The translations under genes were made by a program, and so were the position numbers. A stretch of 64,000 bases of DNA. Source: Octopus sinensis (lineage: Eukaryota). Under the pieces are notes generated by a model. The model was not told where the DNA came from, did not search any database, and worked only from the letters and a program-made list of their open reading frames with translations. The stretch is taken from NCBI RefSeq assembly GCF_006345805.1, contig NC_042998.1:6448001-6512000 (forward strand). The letters run 5' to 3'. Positions 1 to 11,784 of the stretch are shown piece by piece. The stretch's first letter is position 1. Every line of letters starts with the position of its first letter.

Positions 1-240
1 GTGTTTTAAGAAAAGCATAGAATTGGGAGTTCCAACAGTAATGGGTTACTGATATTACAGGTGTGAGTAGAGATGGATCTGTGTGTAATGAACACAATGT
101 TTCAACTAAAAATGTAAGTATAAAATGACATGTATACACCCTGGATCTAAGAAACAGCACTTTATAGATTATATCCTCACAAGGAAATGTGATATCAGGA
201 ACTTTGCTATTGTGCAAGTTATGCTGGATGAACTAGAGGC
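1..240 (+). pseudogene. Decayed RTE-clade LINE endonuclease (APE) fragment
   Basis: Frame 1 reads HRIGSSNSNGLLILQV*VEMDLCVMNTMFQLK. After a +1 shift at about 124 it reads MTCIHPGSKKQHFIDYIL. This matches the RTE APE pattern GxxNxNGxLL...NTxF...TWxHPxSKxxHxIDYI. Stops and a frameshift are present. Confidence 0.75.
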
Positions 241-655
241 TTTTCTGTGCTAAGGTGAATTTTGTTGTTCAGCCTAAGGTAAGAGCAAACGATGTCAAGT
301 TACCTAAATGCTAGAGTCACAAAGGCCCGGTCAGCACTCACAGAACTCGTAAATTGTGATATGGCTATTGTTCACAACAGAACATGTGCAGCCTGTAGAA
401 AGGTGTGCCATTCAGTTGGAGGATTGTAAAGGAATGTAAAAAGAAGTCATATTGTGGCACCTGTTCCATCTGCCAGCCAGCACAGCTGTGCATTGTGCCA
501 TAGAATGTGCAAATCTTTGGCTGGACTCAAGAGTCATACAAGGACTTCACATTGCATCATCAATGCCTCGTTTCAATGACTCTTTCTAGCATTGGCTTTG
601 CTCGTATACAAGCAAGCAGCTATTATATATTACATCAACCCCAGGGATTACAATC

Positions 656-850
656 ATCGTCATCATTTAACATCTGCTTTCTATGCTGGCATGGGTTGGA
701 TGGCATGAGAGGAACTGGCAAGGCCAGGGGCACACCAGATTCCATTGTCTGTTTTGGCTTGGTTTCTACAGCTTGATGCCCTTCCTAGCACCAACCACTT
801 CACGGAGTGTGCTGGGTGCTTTTTTTTTACATGGCACCAGCACCAGTGCT
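656..850 (-). mobile_element. SINE family B, degenerate 3' part
   Basis: Reverse complement of the family-B 3' end (aacccatgcyagcatrgaaagc...ttaaatgatga). Confidence 0.7.
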
Positions 851-864
851 TTTTATATGTTTAA

Positions 865-1084
865 CCCTTTAGTGTTTAAACCGGCCATATCTGGCCCAGA
901 TATTCTACATGTTTTATATTCAAACTGGCCATATCCAGCCTCTTACACCTAACCTACATTGACATTCTAAAAATAGACAATCACATCATTGAAACCTCAA
1001 AGATATAACATAATGCATGATTAATTCAAAACAATCTGAGTGAAAAAGTATTACATTTAACAGAGTAATCTGAACACTAAAGGG
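865..1084. mobile_element. piggyBac-like MITE family 1
   Basis: TTAA at 861-864 and 1085-1088; terminal inverted repeat CCCTTTAGTGTT...AACACTAAAGGG. Confidence 0.85.
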
Positions 1085-1857
1085 TTAACTGGAATTTCTT
1101 ATATCAACTCCATTGGTGGAATTTGAACTCAGAACCTAAAGACAGACAAAATGCTAGGTGTGCTAACGACTCAGCCAGCTCACCACCATCTAACAGCAAT
1201 GCCATTAAAATATAAAAACATTTTTTTTCTTTTTAGTAAAATTTGAGAATAATACAGGTTTGCAAAATATAGGTTTCCTGTTTGTTAGTAAGTATAGCCA
1301 ATACGAAACAGTATTCTCACCAAGTGATATAGCAATTTCTGTGAAAATATTCCATTTCAGTAATAAGTAATGGATACAAAAAGATTTGACGAGTTATTAA
1401 TTCAATTGTAATTCTATGCTCCAAACAAGCAACAATGAAACTCATTGGAATACAAGAAATTAAAAGCTTTAAATGTTAGAAATACAGAAACACTGTGTTG
1501 AATTTAAAAAAACACCTATGAGAATAGGTCTCCTTCGTAATTAGACATTAACATTTGTGCAAATACATACATACAAATGTTTACTCTAACACAGACCAAC
1601 ATATTTACACACACACACACACAAATACATACATAGACACATACATACATAAATAAATAAAATGAAAGAACAAAAACAACAAAAAACACAAAACGGGAAC
1701 AAGATTTTACAAAGGTGTTTTATATATATATATATAGGCACATACACACAAAATATAGCTAATCATTTCAGTCATACATACTAACAGGAGACCTATATTC
1801 AATATAGATATATATATATATATATAAGTATGTACCTATAGGTGTTTGTGCATATAC

Positions 1858-1896
<39 letters not shown>

Positions 1897-3024
1897 AACT
1901 TACTATAAAACTACATATACCTACAGTTGTGTGTGTATGTATGTATGTGTGCAGACAGGCAAGCAGGCAGACAGACAGAGATACGCAGGTAAATAGACTG
2001 ATAGGTAGATGAACAAATATGTTCCCATAGAACAGAGCATAATTAAGCAAAGATATTACTAATTAATAGAATATTTAACGTAAAGAATGCAAACAGCATT
2101 TATCATTAAATTTTTACAAATATTTGTCAAATAGGCTGGTATTAGCAAATCATTTACTTTACAGCTGAATAAGAAAAATAATAATAATGATGATGATGAT
2201 AATAATAATAATTTTTCTTTAAAATAAATGATTTCATAGTATAAAGAACATAATATTGAGAGAAGAACCATATTTGATTTTGGCATATGATCTAGATAAT
2301 GAATGGAATCCTTTGAGGGTTCCAATCATTAAAATGTAGACTGACGTTCTCCGATTCAACAGACATACAATTATAGCTAACCTATTCCATAAGAATTAAT
2401 TATTTCTTTTCATAACGCCATGAAATGAAATTCTGAAATTAAAAGAGGCAGGAAACAAAATTGCTATCATAATTTCAAAGAAACATATAAAAAATAAAAA
2501 AATTGCAAATACAAAACTAAATAAATAGATAAATTATATGTTTCTTAAATAATGTTTTTTTTTAATCAGTTCTTTTACAAATTTTTTTCCTCCTTACAAG
2601 CCACATGTATTGAATATGTGAATATGAGTCATAATAACATACATACATTCAAGTACATACAAACATACATAGAAAGAATGTGCAGCACATAACTACATGC
2701 ATACAATTTATATATCTTAGCCCAAGTCAGTGTTCTCTATGTGTGATGTGTCTAGTGATATTTCCCCAGCTTCTAAAACAAATATAGTTTCAAGAGGACA
2801 GAATGTTTTCATATCATTCCAAAAATGTCACCATACCCAAGCTTGAAATAAGCCAGCCACTCCAACTTCAACAGCAACAGCAACAACAATGAAAAGCAAA
2901 CAAAGACAATATTAATACATCAGCTCGAAACATAGACAAACTTTCCTTCTGTTTTCTTCGGGAGACAAGTTACAGTTAAAATTAGTTCGTTGCAGTACAA
3001 CGCAAATCATTTTACGTCGAGAAT

Positions 3025-3425
3025 CTCTTTACTCTTTTACTTGTTTCAGTCATTTGACTGCGGCCATGCTGGAGCACCACCTTTTAATCGAGCAAATTGA
3101 CCCCGGGACTTATTCTTTTTGTAAGCCCAGTACTTATTCTACTGGTCTCTTTTTGCCAAACCGCTAAGTGACGGAGACGTAAACACACCAGCATCGGTTG
3201 TCAAGCAATGTTGGAGAGACAAATATATACACACATATACATATGTATACACATACAAACACACACACATATACGACAGGCTTCTTTCAGTTTCCGTCTA
3301 CCAAATCCACTCACAAGGCATTGGTCGGCCCAGGGTTATAGCAGAAGACACTTGCCCAAGATGCCACGCAGTGGGACTGAACCCGGAACCATGTGGTTGG
3401 TTAGCAAGCTACTTACCACACAGCC
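3025..3425 (-). mobile_element. tRNA-derived SINE family A
   Basis: A-box-like GGCTGTGTGGTAAG, B-box-like GGTTCAGTCCC, internal (TA/CA) tract, (AAAGAGT)n tail; more than 20 copies in the window. Confidence 0.9.
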
Positions 3426-3430
3426 TATTA

Positions 3431-3842
3431 ACTCTTTTACTCTTTTTACTCTTTTACTTGTTTCAGTCATTTGACTGCGGCCATGCTGGAGCACCGCCTT
3501 TAGTCAAGCAAATCGACCCCAGAACTTATTCTTTGTAAGCCCAGTACTTATTCTATTGGTCTCTTTTGCCGAACCACTAAGTGACGGGGACGTAAACACA
3601 CCAGCATCGGTTGTCAAGCAATGCTAGGGAGACAAACACAGACACACAAACACATACATATATATATATATACATATATACGACAGGCTTCTTTCAGTTT
3701 CCGTCTACCAAATCCACTCACAAGGCATTGGTCGGCCCGGGGTTATAGCAGAAGACACTTGCCCAAGATGCCACGCAGTGGGACTGAACCTGGAACCATG
3801 TGGTTGGTTAGCAAGCTACTTACCACACAGCCACTCCGGCGC
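3431..3842 (-). mobile_element. SINE family A (tandem neighbour of the previous copy)
   Basis: Full-length copy directly adjacent to 3025-3425 in the same orientation. Confidence 0.9.
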
Positions 3843-4094
3843 TTGTTTATAAAGATGAAATAATTAAATATCAAGCAGCTGCAGACATAATTATAATTAA
3901 AATATTGTTAAACGACATGGTGTATGTTAAATATAATTCATCAATTCTACACTACAGCTATGTATTTGCTTTCTAGCATGCATCGACCTTATGGATTGCA
4001 GAGGGTTAAGTCCATTTAAGGACACTACTCCCTCTTTCTCTATATTCCTTACTAGGTCAATATGAAGGTGGTGCTCATGACTGTTTAACATTTT

Positions 4095-4541
4095 AACTGG
4101 CACCATTCGAGTGTGATCGTTACCAGCGTCGCCTTACTGGCACTTGAGTCCCGTGCTAGTAGAGTGCCAAGAGTACCATCCGAGAGTGATCGTTGCCAGA
4201 GCAGCCAACTGGCTTCTGTGCCAGTTGCACGTAAAAGGGCACCATTCGAGCGTGATCGTTACCAATGTCGCCTTACTGGCACCTGTGCCGGTGGCATGTG
4301 TAAAAAGATTCGAGTGAGGTCGTTGCCAGTACCGCCTGACTGGCCCCCGTGCCGGTGGCACATAAAAATCACCCACTACACTCTCAGGGTGGTTGGCATT
4401 AGGAAGGGCATCCAGCTGTAGAAACTCTGCCAAATCAAGATTGGAACCTGGTGCAGCCATGTGGTTCACCAGCCCTCAGTCAAAATCATCCAACCCATGC
4501 TAGCATGGAAAGCGGATGTTAAACGATGATGATGATGATGA
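4095..4541 (+). mobile_element. SINE family B with diverged internal repeat units
   Basis: Units of ggcaccattcgagcgtgatcgtt..., the block tggttggcrttaggaagggcatccagctgtagaaac, and a (GAT)n tail. Confidence 0.85.
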
Positions 4542-4557
4542 TAACTGGCCTTTAATG

Positions 4558-4745
4558 TTCTACCTGTTTTGTGTTCAAACTGACCAGATCACACCTCTCA
4601 CACCTACCCATAAATGTCATTCAAATCATAAACAATCACATCACTGAAATCTCATAGCTATGAGATAATGCATGATTAATTCAAGACAATACAGATGAAA
4701 AAGTATTGCAACTGACAGAGTAAATCTGAAAGGCTAAAGGATTAA
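4558..4745. mobile_element. piggyBac-like MITE family 1, one end missing
   Basis: Similar to 865-1084 and 6220-6439; ends cagagtaaatctgaaaggctaaagga-ttaa. Confidence 0.65.
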
Positions 4746-4862
4746 AGGATTAAAGCAGTTGTTCCCAAAGTGAGTGGCGCTAATCCCTTGGAGGCAGGTT
4801 GAGGAAAAGATGGGTGATAATGGCGTGGCCAAAAGGAGGCCAAAATAATGGGTTAATTAGGT

Positions 4863-5243
4863 TACTCTTTTACTCGTTTCAGTCATTTGACTGCGGTCAT
4901 GCTGGAGCACCGCCTTTAGTCGAGCAAATCGACCCCAGGACTTATTCTTTGTAAGCCCAGCACTTATTCTATCGGTCTCTTTTGCCGAACCGCTAAGTGA
5001 CGGGGATGTAAACACACCAGCATCGGTTGTCAAGCAATGCTAGGGGGACAAACAGACACACAAACATATACACACACACTTATATATATATATATATATA
5101 CATATATACGACAGGCTTCTTTCAGTTTCCGTTTACCAAATCCACTCACAAGGCATTGGTCGGCCCAGAGCTATAGCAGAAGATACTTGCCCAAGATGCC
5201 ACGCAGTGGGACTGAACCCGGAACCATGTGGTTGGTTAGCAAG
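4863..5243 (-). mobile_element. SINE family A
   Basis: Near-full copy; 5' head clipped at 5243. Confidence 0.9.
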
Positions 5244-5755
5244 TCTTTTACATTTTTTTTTTTTTGTGAAATACAGTAGTTTTGAATTTACTGATGTAAA
5301 TGGTCTGCGTTTATGATAGTAAATGGGGGGAAGGCTCTAGGAATGTGGCCTGGGAACTGGGGGAGGGTGGGGAATGCATCCTGAGGAAGTTTGGGAACCA
5401 TCAGTTTAAAGGGTTTTCAGTACTGGTGGGAAGCAAGGGAGAAGGCAACTCAAAATTAACTGAAGACCTGGGCTCACAGATCGCAACAATGGACTCTAAG
5501 AAAGGTAACCAAAAACTAGGTTGTGATGTTAAATCAGGTAATCAAATAAGCTATAGCAGTATCTGAATTCAGAGTGCAAAGAGCTGGAAAAGATACAGCA
5601 TGGTGTATCATTCGATGCTCTACCAATTCTGTTAGTCTCCTTCCTTAGATTAGTACTTTATATAACGGGAAGGTTTACGAAAATAAACAAAAGACAAAGG
5701 CAGGTGGAGTACAAACAAACAAATGTATTAGTATAGCACTCAGGAATAAAAAAAG

Positions 5756-5793
5756 TCTTTTACGTTTCGAGCCTACGCTCTTCGACAGAAAGA
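5756..5793 (-). ncRNA. Minimal type I hammerhead ribozyme motif (A6U variant) in a Penelope-like remnant (~5660-5870)
   Basis: Minus strand: UCUUU-CUGUCGA-A-GAGC GUAG GCUC-GAA-ACGU-A-AAAGA. Stem I is 5 bp, stem II is 4 bp, stem III is the palindrome ACGU. Confidence 0.7.
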
Positions 5794-6219
5794 TACACAG
5801 AAAAGAAACACGGAGAGAAAAAAATTGCGTTTAGGGGCTAATGATCCAACATGGCATTCTGATTTCAGGAGAAGTCAGAGATCGTACTTTATATAATTGA
5901 CCTTCAATGGGATTTGAACACAAAACCCAAGAAACTAGTACAGCTACCATAAGGTGTTCTATCATCCTCTTTAATGATTCTACCGTAATAGACTGGTACT
6001 TGATTTATGGAGCCCAGGAGGATGAAAGGTAAAACTGACATCAATGAGATTTGAACATAAATCTCAAGTAACCAGAACGGGATACTGCAAAGTATTCTGT
6101 CTTTCTCTCTCTAAGAGAGACTTTCTTAGAGTCCATTGTTGCGATCTGTGAGCCCAGGTCTTCAGTTAATTTTGAGTTGCCTTCTCCCTTGCTTCCAACC
6201 AGTACTGAAAACCCTTTAA

Positions 6220-6439
6220 CCCTTTAGCATTCAAACCGGCCATATCCGGCCAAAATAGTCTACCTGTTTTATCTTCAAATCAGTCAGATCTGGCCTCTCA
6301 CACCTATCCTACAATGTCATTTTAAAAATAAACAGTCACATCATTGAAATCTCAAAACTATATGATAGTGCATGATGAATTCAAAATAATGTAAATCAAT
6401 AAGCATTATACTTGTTAGATTAATCTGAATACTAAAGGG
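6220..6439. mobile_element. piggyBac-like MITE family 1
   Basis: TTAA at 6216-6219 and 6440-6443; TIR CCCTTTAG...CTAAAGGG; the empty site is visible in the inverted partner near 5407. Confidence 0.9.
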
Positions 6440-6895
6440 TTAAACTGATGGTTCCCAAACTTCCTCAGGCTGCATTCCCTATCCTCTGGTTCCCAGGCCA
6501 CATTCCTAGAGCCCTCCCCCTCTATTCACTACCATAAACGTAGACCATTTTCATCAGTGAATTCAAAACTACTGTATTTCACAGAAAAAAAAAACAAAAA
6601 AAAACTTATGTCTATGGAGCCCTGAAAGATGAAAGGTAAAGTAGACCTTGATGGGATTTGAACCCAAACCCAAGGAGACAGAACAGATACTGCAACACAT
6701 AACAGAAAACAGAGTGTCTGTACCTCTTCCCCCCCCCCCACCTCACCCACAAAGTACACACAGGTTCTCTTGTTGGATCATATTATTGCTGCTGTTATTC
6801 TTCAACTCCAGGTCAATCCCTCACTGAGTAAGTCTGTAATCAAATCCATTCCAGCCACAATCATCTCAGCTTTTTTGTCCATCTAAGATTAACAG

Positions 6896-7290
6896 ACATG
6901 GCTGTGTAGTAAGAACTTTGCCTTCCAATTACATGGTTCCAGGTTCAGTCCTAGCATGGCACCCTGAGCAAGTATCTTCTACTATAGCCCTGGCTGACCA
7001 ATACCCTGTGAGTGGGTTTGTTAGATAGAAACTAAAAGAAGCCCATTGTGTGTGTGTATGTATGCATGTGTATGTATGCATGTGCAAGCGTGTGCATTTG
7101 TCCCCACCACCATACGACAACCAGTGTCAATCAGTTTATGTCTCTATAACTTAGCGAATCAGTAAATGAGATTGATAGAATAAGTACCAGGCTTTAAGAA
7201 AAATAAGTACCGAGGTTGATTTGTTTCACTAAAATCCTTCAAGGCAAAGCTCCAGCATGGCCACAGTCAATAAATGTTAAACAAGTAAAA
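6896..7290 (+). mobile_element. SINE family A-related, older copy
   Basis: Diverged head ggctgtgtagtaag...ggttcagtcc and 3' ctccagcatggccacagtc. Confidence 0.75.
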
Positions 7291-8449
7291 GATAAAAGAT
7301 GTCTAGAAAGGGTCATTATGCCAATATTATTAACACACGCACTGGTTCAATTCCACTCCTTTATCATAAGTCAACTGCTTAAATATCCAACCAAATAACT
7401 GATGGTTTGTTGTCATTTTGGGAGAGATATTTGCCTGCTATTTCTAGCACGTTGAATGACCATGTGGTGGTTCTCTTGACTTGCTCTGTTGCTATTGTTG
7501 TTGATTAAACTACATAAAATGATTAAATATTCAGGAACGCACATGCACCACCCTTATACTGTTTCCTTCCTAAGATCTTGAAATCAACCGTAATAGAGAA
7601 AAGAACTCAGAAATCTTCCCAAACTGTGTAATGTTAAAATGAAATTAGAAAGGAAATTCAGAAATGGAAAAAAAAAAAAAAAAAAGGTGTGTAGGGGAGG
7701 AGAACTTTTCCATCTAATTTTGTGATGCAGCTGTCATAGAGTTGTAATCAGAGAGGGGGGGGGGAAGAAGAAGGGATAGAGAGGAAGAAGGCAGGAAAAC
7801 AAAAGACAATGGGTAAACCAGAATACAATTTCCAGAGAGCTGCTGCTGAAACTGAGGAGAGGAAATGTGACAAATGGCCAGGAACAAAAATTGCAAAGCA
7901 ATTACAAACAATAGACTTTTGTGTTGACATTCCATCTTGGCATTATTGTCAGTCACAAGTGCTTCGGACAATTATAACAACAGTTATTAAACTACAGATT
8001 GGTTGCTGCAAAGAATCCCATCAGTTAATACACGAAGAGCCTGGCTGTTATGCCGGAGCCGGGGCCGGAGCCGAGCCGATTCCAAGCAGCTCTGCAGACA
8101 AACAGAAGCCAAAACAAGAGCATAAACACAAACACACACACACACCCAGACATGCAGAGTATCAATTTAAAAGACAAAACACAAATGAGAAATTGCAAAG
8201 GATTCTTTCTAATATGAAATACCAGTTTAACATATAAACTGTTTATCCAAGACATAAGGAATGCAAAAGCTTCGTGAGTCACGGGTAACTTACTGACAAC
8301 ATGAACTTCAAGAATGATGACACAATTATACAATGTCCAATAGTTTACTGTATTCTAAATGAGACAATCAAAGAGTTTCCAGATTTCTTATTTCAGAAAT
8401 AATATTACTTTAACTTGCCCTGTATCATAATTCACCTCCTCCTCCTCAT

Positions 8450-8690
8450 CATCATCATCATCATTTTAATGTCCTTTTTCCATGCACACATAGCTTAGAC
8501 AGAGTCCACTGAGGCAGATTTTCTACGGCTGGATGCCCTTCCTGTTGCTGACCCTCACCTGTTTCCAAGCAAGGAAATATTTCCCCCATTGCTAGACATG
8601 TTTCCATAGAATATGGGAAATGAACAACACACCACTTGTATGACAGTGAGAATCGTTTACAACTTTCATGCAATATCAAGACTAAGATAC
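8450..8690 (-). mobile_element. Family B-related repeat with (GAT)n tail (second copy at 63372-63630)
   Basis: Shares ctacrgctggatgcccttcct with family B, and cacct.tttccaag.aa...atatttcccc with 63372-63630. Confidence 0.65.
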
Positions 8691-8711
8691 ACAAACATAT
8701 ATATATATATA

Positions 8712-8940
8712 TATTTCTTTACCACCCACAAGGGGCTAAACACAGAGGGGACCAACAAGGACAGACAAAGGGGTTAAGTCGATTACATCGACCCCAGTGC
8801 GTAACTGGTACTTAATTTATCGACCCCGAAAGGATGAAAGGCAAAGTCGACCTTGGCGGAATTTGAACTCAGAACGTAACGACAGATGAAATACGTCTAT
8901 GCATTTCGCCCGGCGTGCTAACGATTCTGTCAGCTGGCCG

Positions 8941-8943
<3 letters not shown>
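8712..8943 (-). mobile_element. SINE family C
   Basis: Reverse complement of ggcggcgagctggcagaa...gagttcaaattccgcc...gccccttgtggg...aaagaaat. Confidence 0.85.
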
Positions 8944-8985
<42 letters not shown>

Positions 8986-9045
8986 ATAAATATATATATA
9001 TGTATGTATGTATGTATTATGTATATTATATATATATATATATAT

Positions 9046-9438
9046 GAACGGCTACGATCGGATGGCACGTAACAAACACCATCCGATCGTAGCCGTTCGC
9101 CAGCCTCGTCTGGCACCTGTGTCGGTGGCACATAAGAAAAACACCGAAAACACCATATCCGAGCGTGGCCGTCTGCCAGCCTCGTCTGGCACCTGTGTCG
9201 GTGGCACATAAAAAACACCATCCGAGCGTGGCCGTCTGCCAGCCTCATCGGGCACCTGTGTCGGTGGCACATAAAATCACCCACTACACTCTCGGAGTGG
9301 TTGGCGTTAGGAAGGGCATCCAGCTGTAGAAACACTGCCAGATCTGACTGGCCTGGTGTAGCCTTCGGGCTTGCCAGACCCCAGTTGAACCGTCCAACCC
9401 ATGCTAGCATGGAAAGCAGACGTTAAACGATGATGATG
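9046..9438 (+). mobile_element. SINE family B with about 3 tandem 63-bp units
   Basis: ggcacctgtgtcggtggcacata at 9112, 9188 and 9251; (GAT)n tail. Confidence 0.9.
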
Positions 9439-9439
9439 A

Positions 9440-9504
<65 letters not shown>

Positions 9505-9957
9505 GGAACGAGCAACATGTAGCGATGTACTGTTGCAGCACATGCTCCATGCTACAACTACTTCTACTACTACTACTACTACTACTACTACTTACAGATG
9601 TCAATTCTAACTCCAACTCCCAGAAGACAATTCATCATAGTAACACATGACGTCCACAAAGAATTTTGACAAGTGATAATCACAGAAATGGCTATTTGAC
9701 ACACAGGTATTTAGTTCCAAATTATATTTGAATTTCTTTCATATACCACCTGCATGATAATTACAAAGTTAACTAGGTCAAATTATATTCATTGATTAGA
9801 CTATTCAATAATCATCATAAGTCTATTCATATATATTTTGCAGAAGGCAAACTATATAGTCTGTTACATTTTCGTTGGCTCCAGTAGTTTATTCCATCAA
9901 TAAATATCAAAAGGTATCGGTAAATATAAGGCATGTAGATATAGTTTGCTTTATTGT

Positions 9958-10310
9958 GCGGTAAGTAGCTTGCGCTACCAACCACATGGTCCCGGGTTCA
10001 GTCCCACTGCATGACACTTTGGGCAAGTGTCTTCTGCTATAGCTTCAGGTCAACCAAAGCCTTGTGAGTGGATTTTGTAGATGGAAACTGAAAGAAGATG
10101 GAAACTGTGTGTGTGTGTGTCTGTGTGTGGGGTATGTGTGTATATGTTTGTGTGTCTGTGTTTGTCCCACCCCCCATCATTGCTTGACAACTGATATTGG
10201 TGTGTTTATGTCCCCATAACTTAGCAGTTCAGCAAAAGAAACCGATAGAATAATTACTAGGCTTACAAAAAACAAGTCCTAGGGTCGATTTGTTCGACAA
10301 AAGGCGAACA
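9958..10310 (+). mobile_element. SINE family A
   Basis: Head ggtaagtagcttgc...gggttcagtcccactg; 3' end truncated. Confidence 0.8.
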
Positions 10311-10557
10311 AATATATATATATATGATGGATTCTCTGGTCATGAAGAACAAATAAGAGTTCAATAAAATAAAGCATTAATCATGTTTTATGGACACAAA
10401 TGTGTCTCTTATGGGGGTTTCAACTGGCTTCAATGTAAAGCATTGATAGGCCTGGGGCTTTAAAAGAAGACACATGACAAGGTGCCACGAAGTTGTATCG
10501 AAACCATAACCACATGCTTCCCATTAGCACAAACCTGCATATATGTGTATATGTGTG

Positions 10558-10723
10558 TCGCTGGCACATAAAAAGCACCCACTACACTCACGGAGTGGTT
10601 GGCATTAGGAAGGGCATCCAGCTGTAGAAACACTGCCAGATCAGACTGGGCCTGGTGCAGACCCCAGTTGAACAGTCCAACCCATGCCAGCATAGAAAGC
10701 GGACGTTAAATGATGATGATGAT
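10558..10723 (+). mobile_element. SINE family B, 5'-truncated
   Basis: Conserved 3' block and (GAT)n tail. Confidence 0.85.
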
Positions 10724-11715
10724 GTGTGTATAAATATACATATGTATATACACACATAAACAAGCAATGTGTTGACAAGTAAATTATTCATGTTAGTATT
10801 TTAATTTCTACATTTAATGGCATGAAGCATGAGAAATATTGATAGATTTAAAAATATGCACTGGAGGCAACATTTATGATAATTAATTAAACAATGTAGG
10901 CAAGAGAATGTCTGACTCATTAAATATAATAAATATTAAATAAGTGTCCATAATATGTTAATTTCTCTTAGAGTATTCCACAAAATGGATTTATGGCATG
11001 GAGTCTAACTTACTGCCAGGAAGATAAATTCTTACCTTGAGGACTAAGTTTCACAAGATTAAACCTACCCAACTAATATAGTGTGACAGGTTACATAAAA
11101 CATATAAAGCGATCTACATGGTTTCTCATTCTGTTAAAAATAGCAACCAAAAATGCCTACAAATCACAAACCTTACGTTCTCTAAAAAGAAAGGATGCAC
11201 AAGCAAACAGTTTATATCATTGCACAAGCTAATGCGCTGCACTGTTCTTTATGTTTCTAAGTCGTATATTATCCATCTTCTAAAACAAATATAGTTTGAA
11301 GAGGACAGAATTGATGTTTTGATATCATTCCAAAAATGTCACACACCCAAGCATGAAATAAGTTAGCCACTTCAGGAGAATAGCAACAACAAAGAAAAGT
11401 AAATAAAGACAACATTAATACATCAACTTGAAACTAAACAAACTTTGCTGGCATTTTCTTCTGAGACAAGTTACAGTTAAAATTAGTTCACCACATCAGA
11501 AATTATTTTAATTTCAGTTTATAAAGAAATAATAATTAAATATCAACCAGTTACCGACATCTAATAAAAATGCTGCCAATGTGTCAATACGTATGTATAT
11601 ATATATATACACCGGTGTAAGCACATAAAAATGAAACAAGGTGGAAAAAAGAGTACTCAAATACCAGAGGTAGAGTAATATGCTTTATTTAAAAGCAGCA
11701 GAAATGTAACAAAAG

Positions 11716-11753
11716 CTGTTACTCGGAGTTTCACGTCCCCATTCATCGGACAG
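11716..11753 (-). ncRNA. Type I hammerhead ribozyme motif (U4C variant) inside a 36/37-bp inverted repeat; Penelope-like remnant ~11610-11785
   Basis: Minus strand: CUGU-CCGAUGA-AUG GGGA CGU-GAA-ACUCCGAGU-A-ACAG. Arms 11683-11719 and 11750-11785 are complementary with one bulge. (TA)n lies on both sides. Confidence 0.7.
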
Positions 11754-11784
11754 TTTTGTTACATTTCTGCTGCTTTTAAATAAA

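Larger units (their letters stand above)
5265..6583. repeat. Inverted duplication with ~240-bp arms (5265-5504 and 6121-6583); the right arm carries a MITE
   Basis: ggactctaagaaag (5491-5504) is the reverse complement of 6121-6134; gtgaaatacagtagttttgaatt pairs with aattcaaaactactgtatttcac. Confidence 0.9.

Noticed and set aside
2830-2860. Minus-strand LGYGDIF resembling a K+ channel GYGD motif
   Set aside because: A stop follows within a few codons, no TT(V/I) precedes it, and the paralogous copy near 11340 does not keep the frame.
3208-3863. Recurrent ORF ...RQASFSFRLPNPLTRHWSARGYSRRHLPKMPRSGTEPGTMWLVSKLLTTQP
   Set aside because: Antisense reading of SINE family A; it recurs only because the SINE recurs.
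7809-8237. 142-aa plus-strand ORF
   Set aside because: No domain or compositional support, and it includes a (CA)n run. The region is noted instead for its minus-strand acceptor.
9046-9290. CRISPR-like regularly spaced repeats
   Set aside because: The units repeat along their whole length with no unique spacers, lie inside a SINE in eukaryotic DNA, and no cas genes are present.
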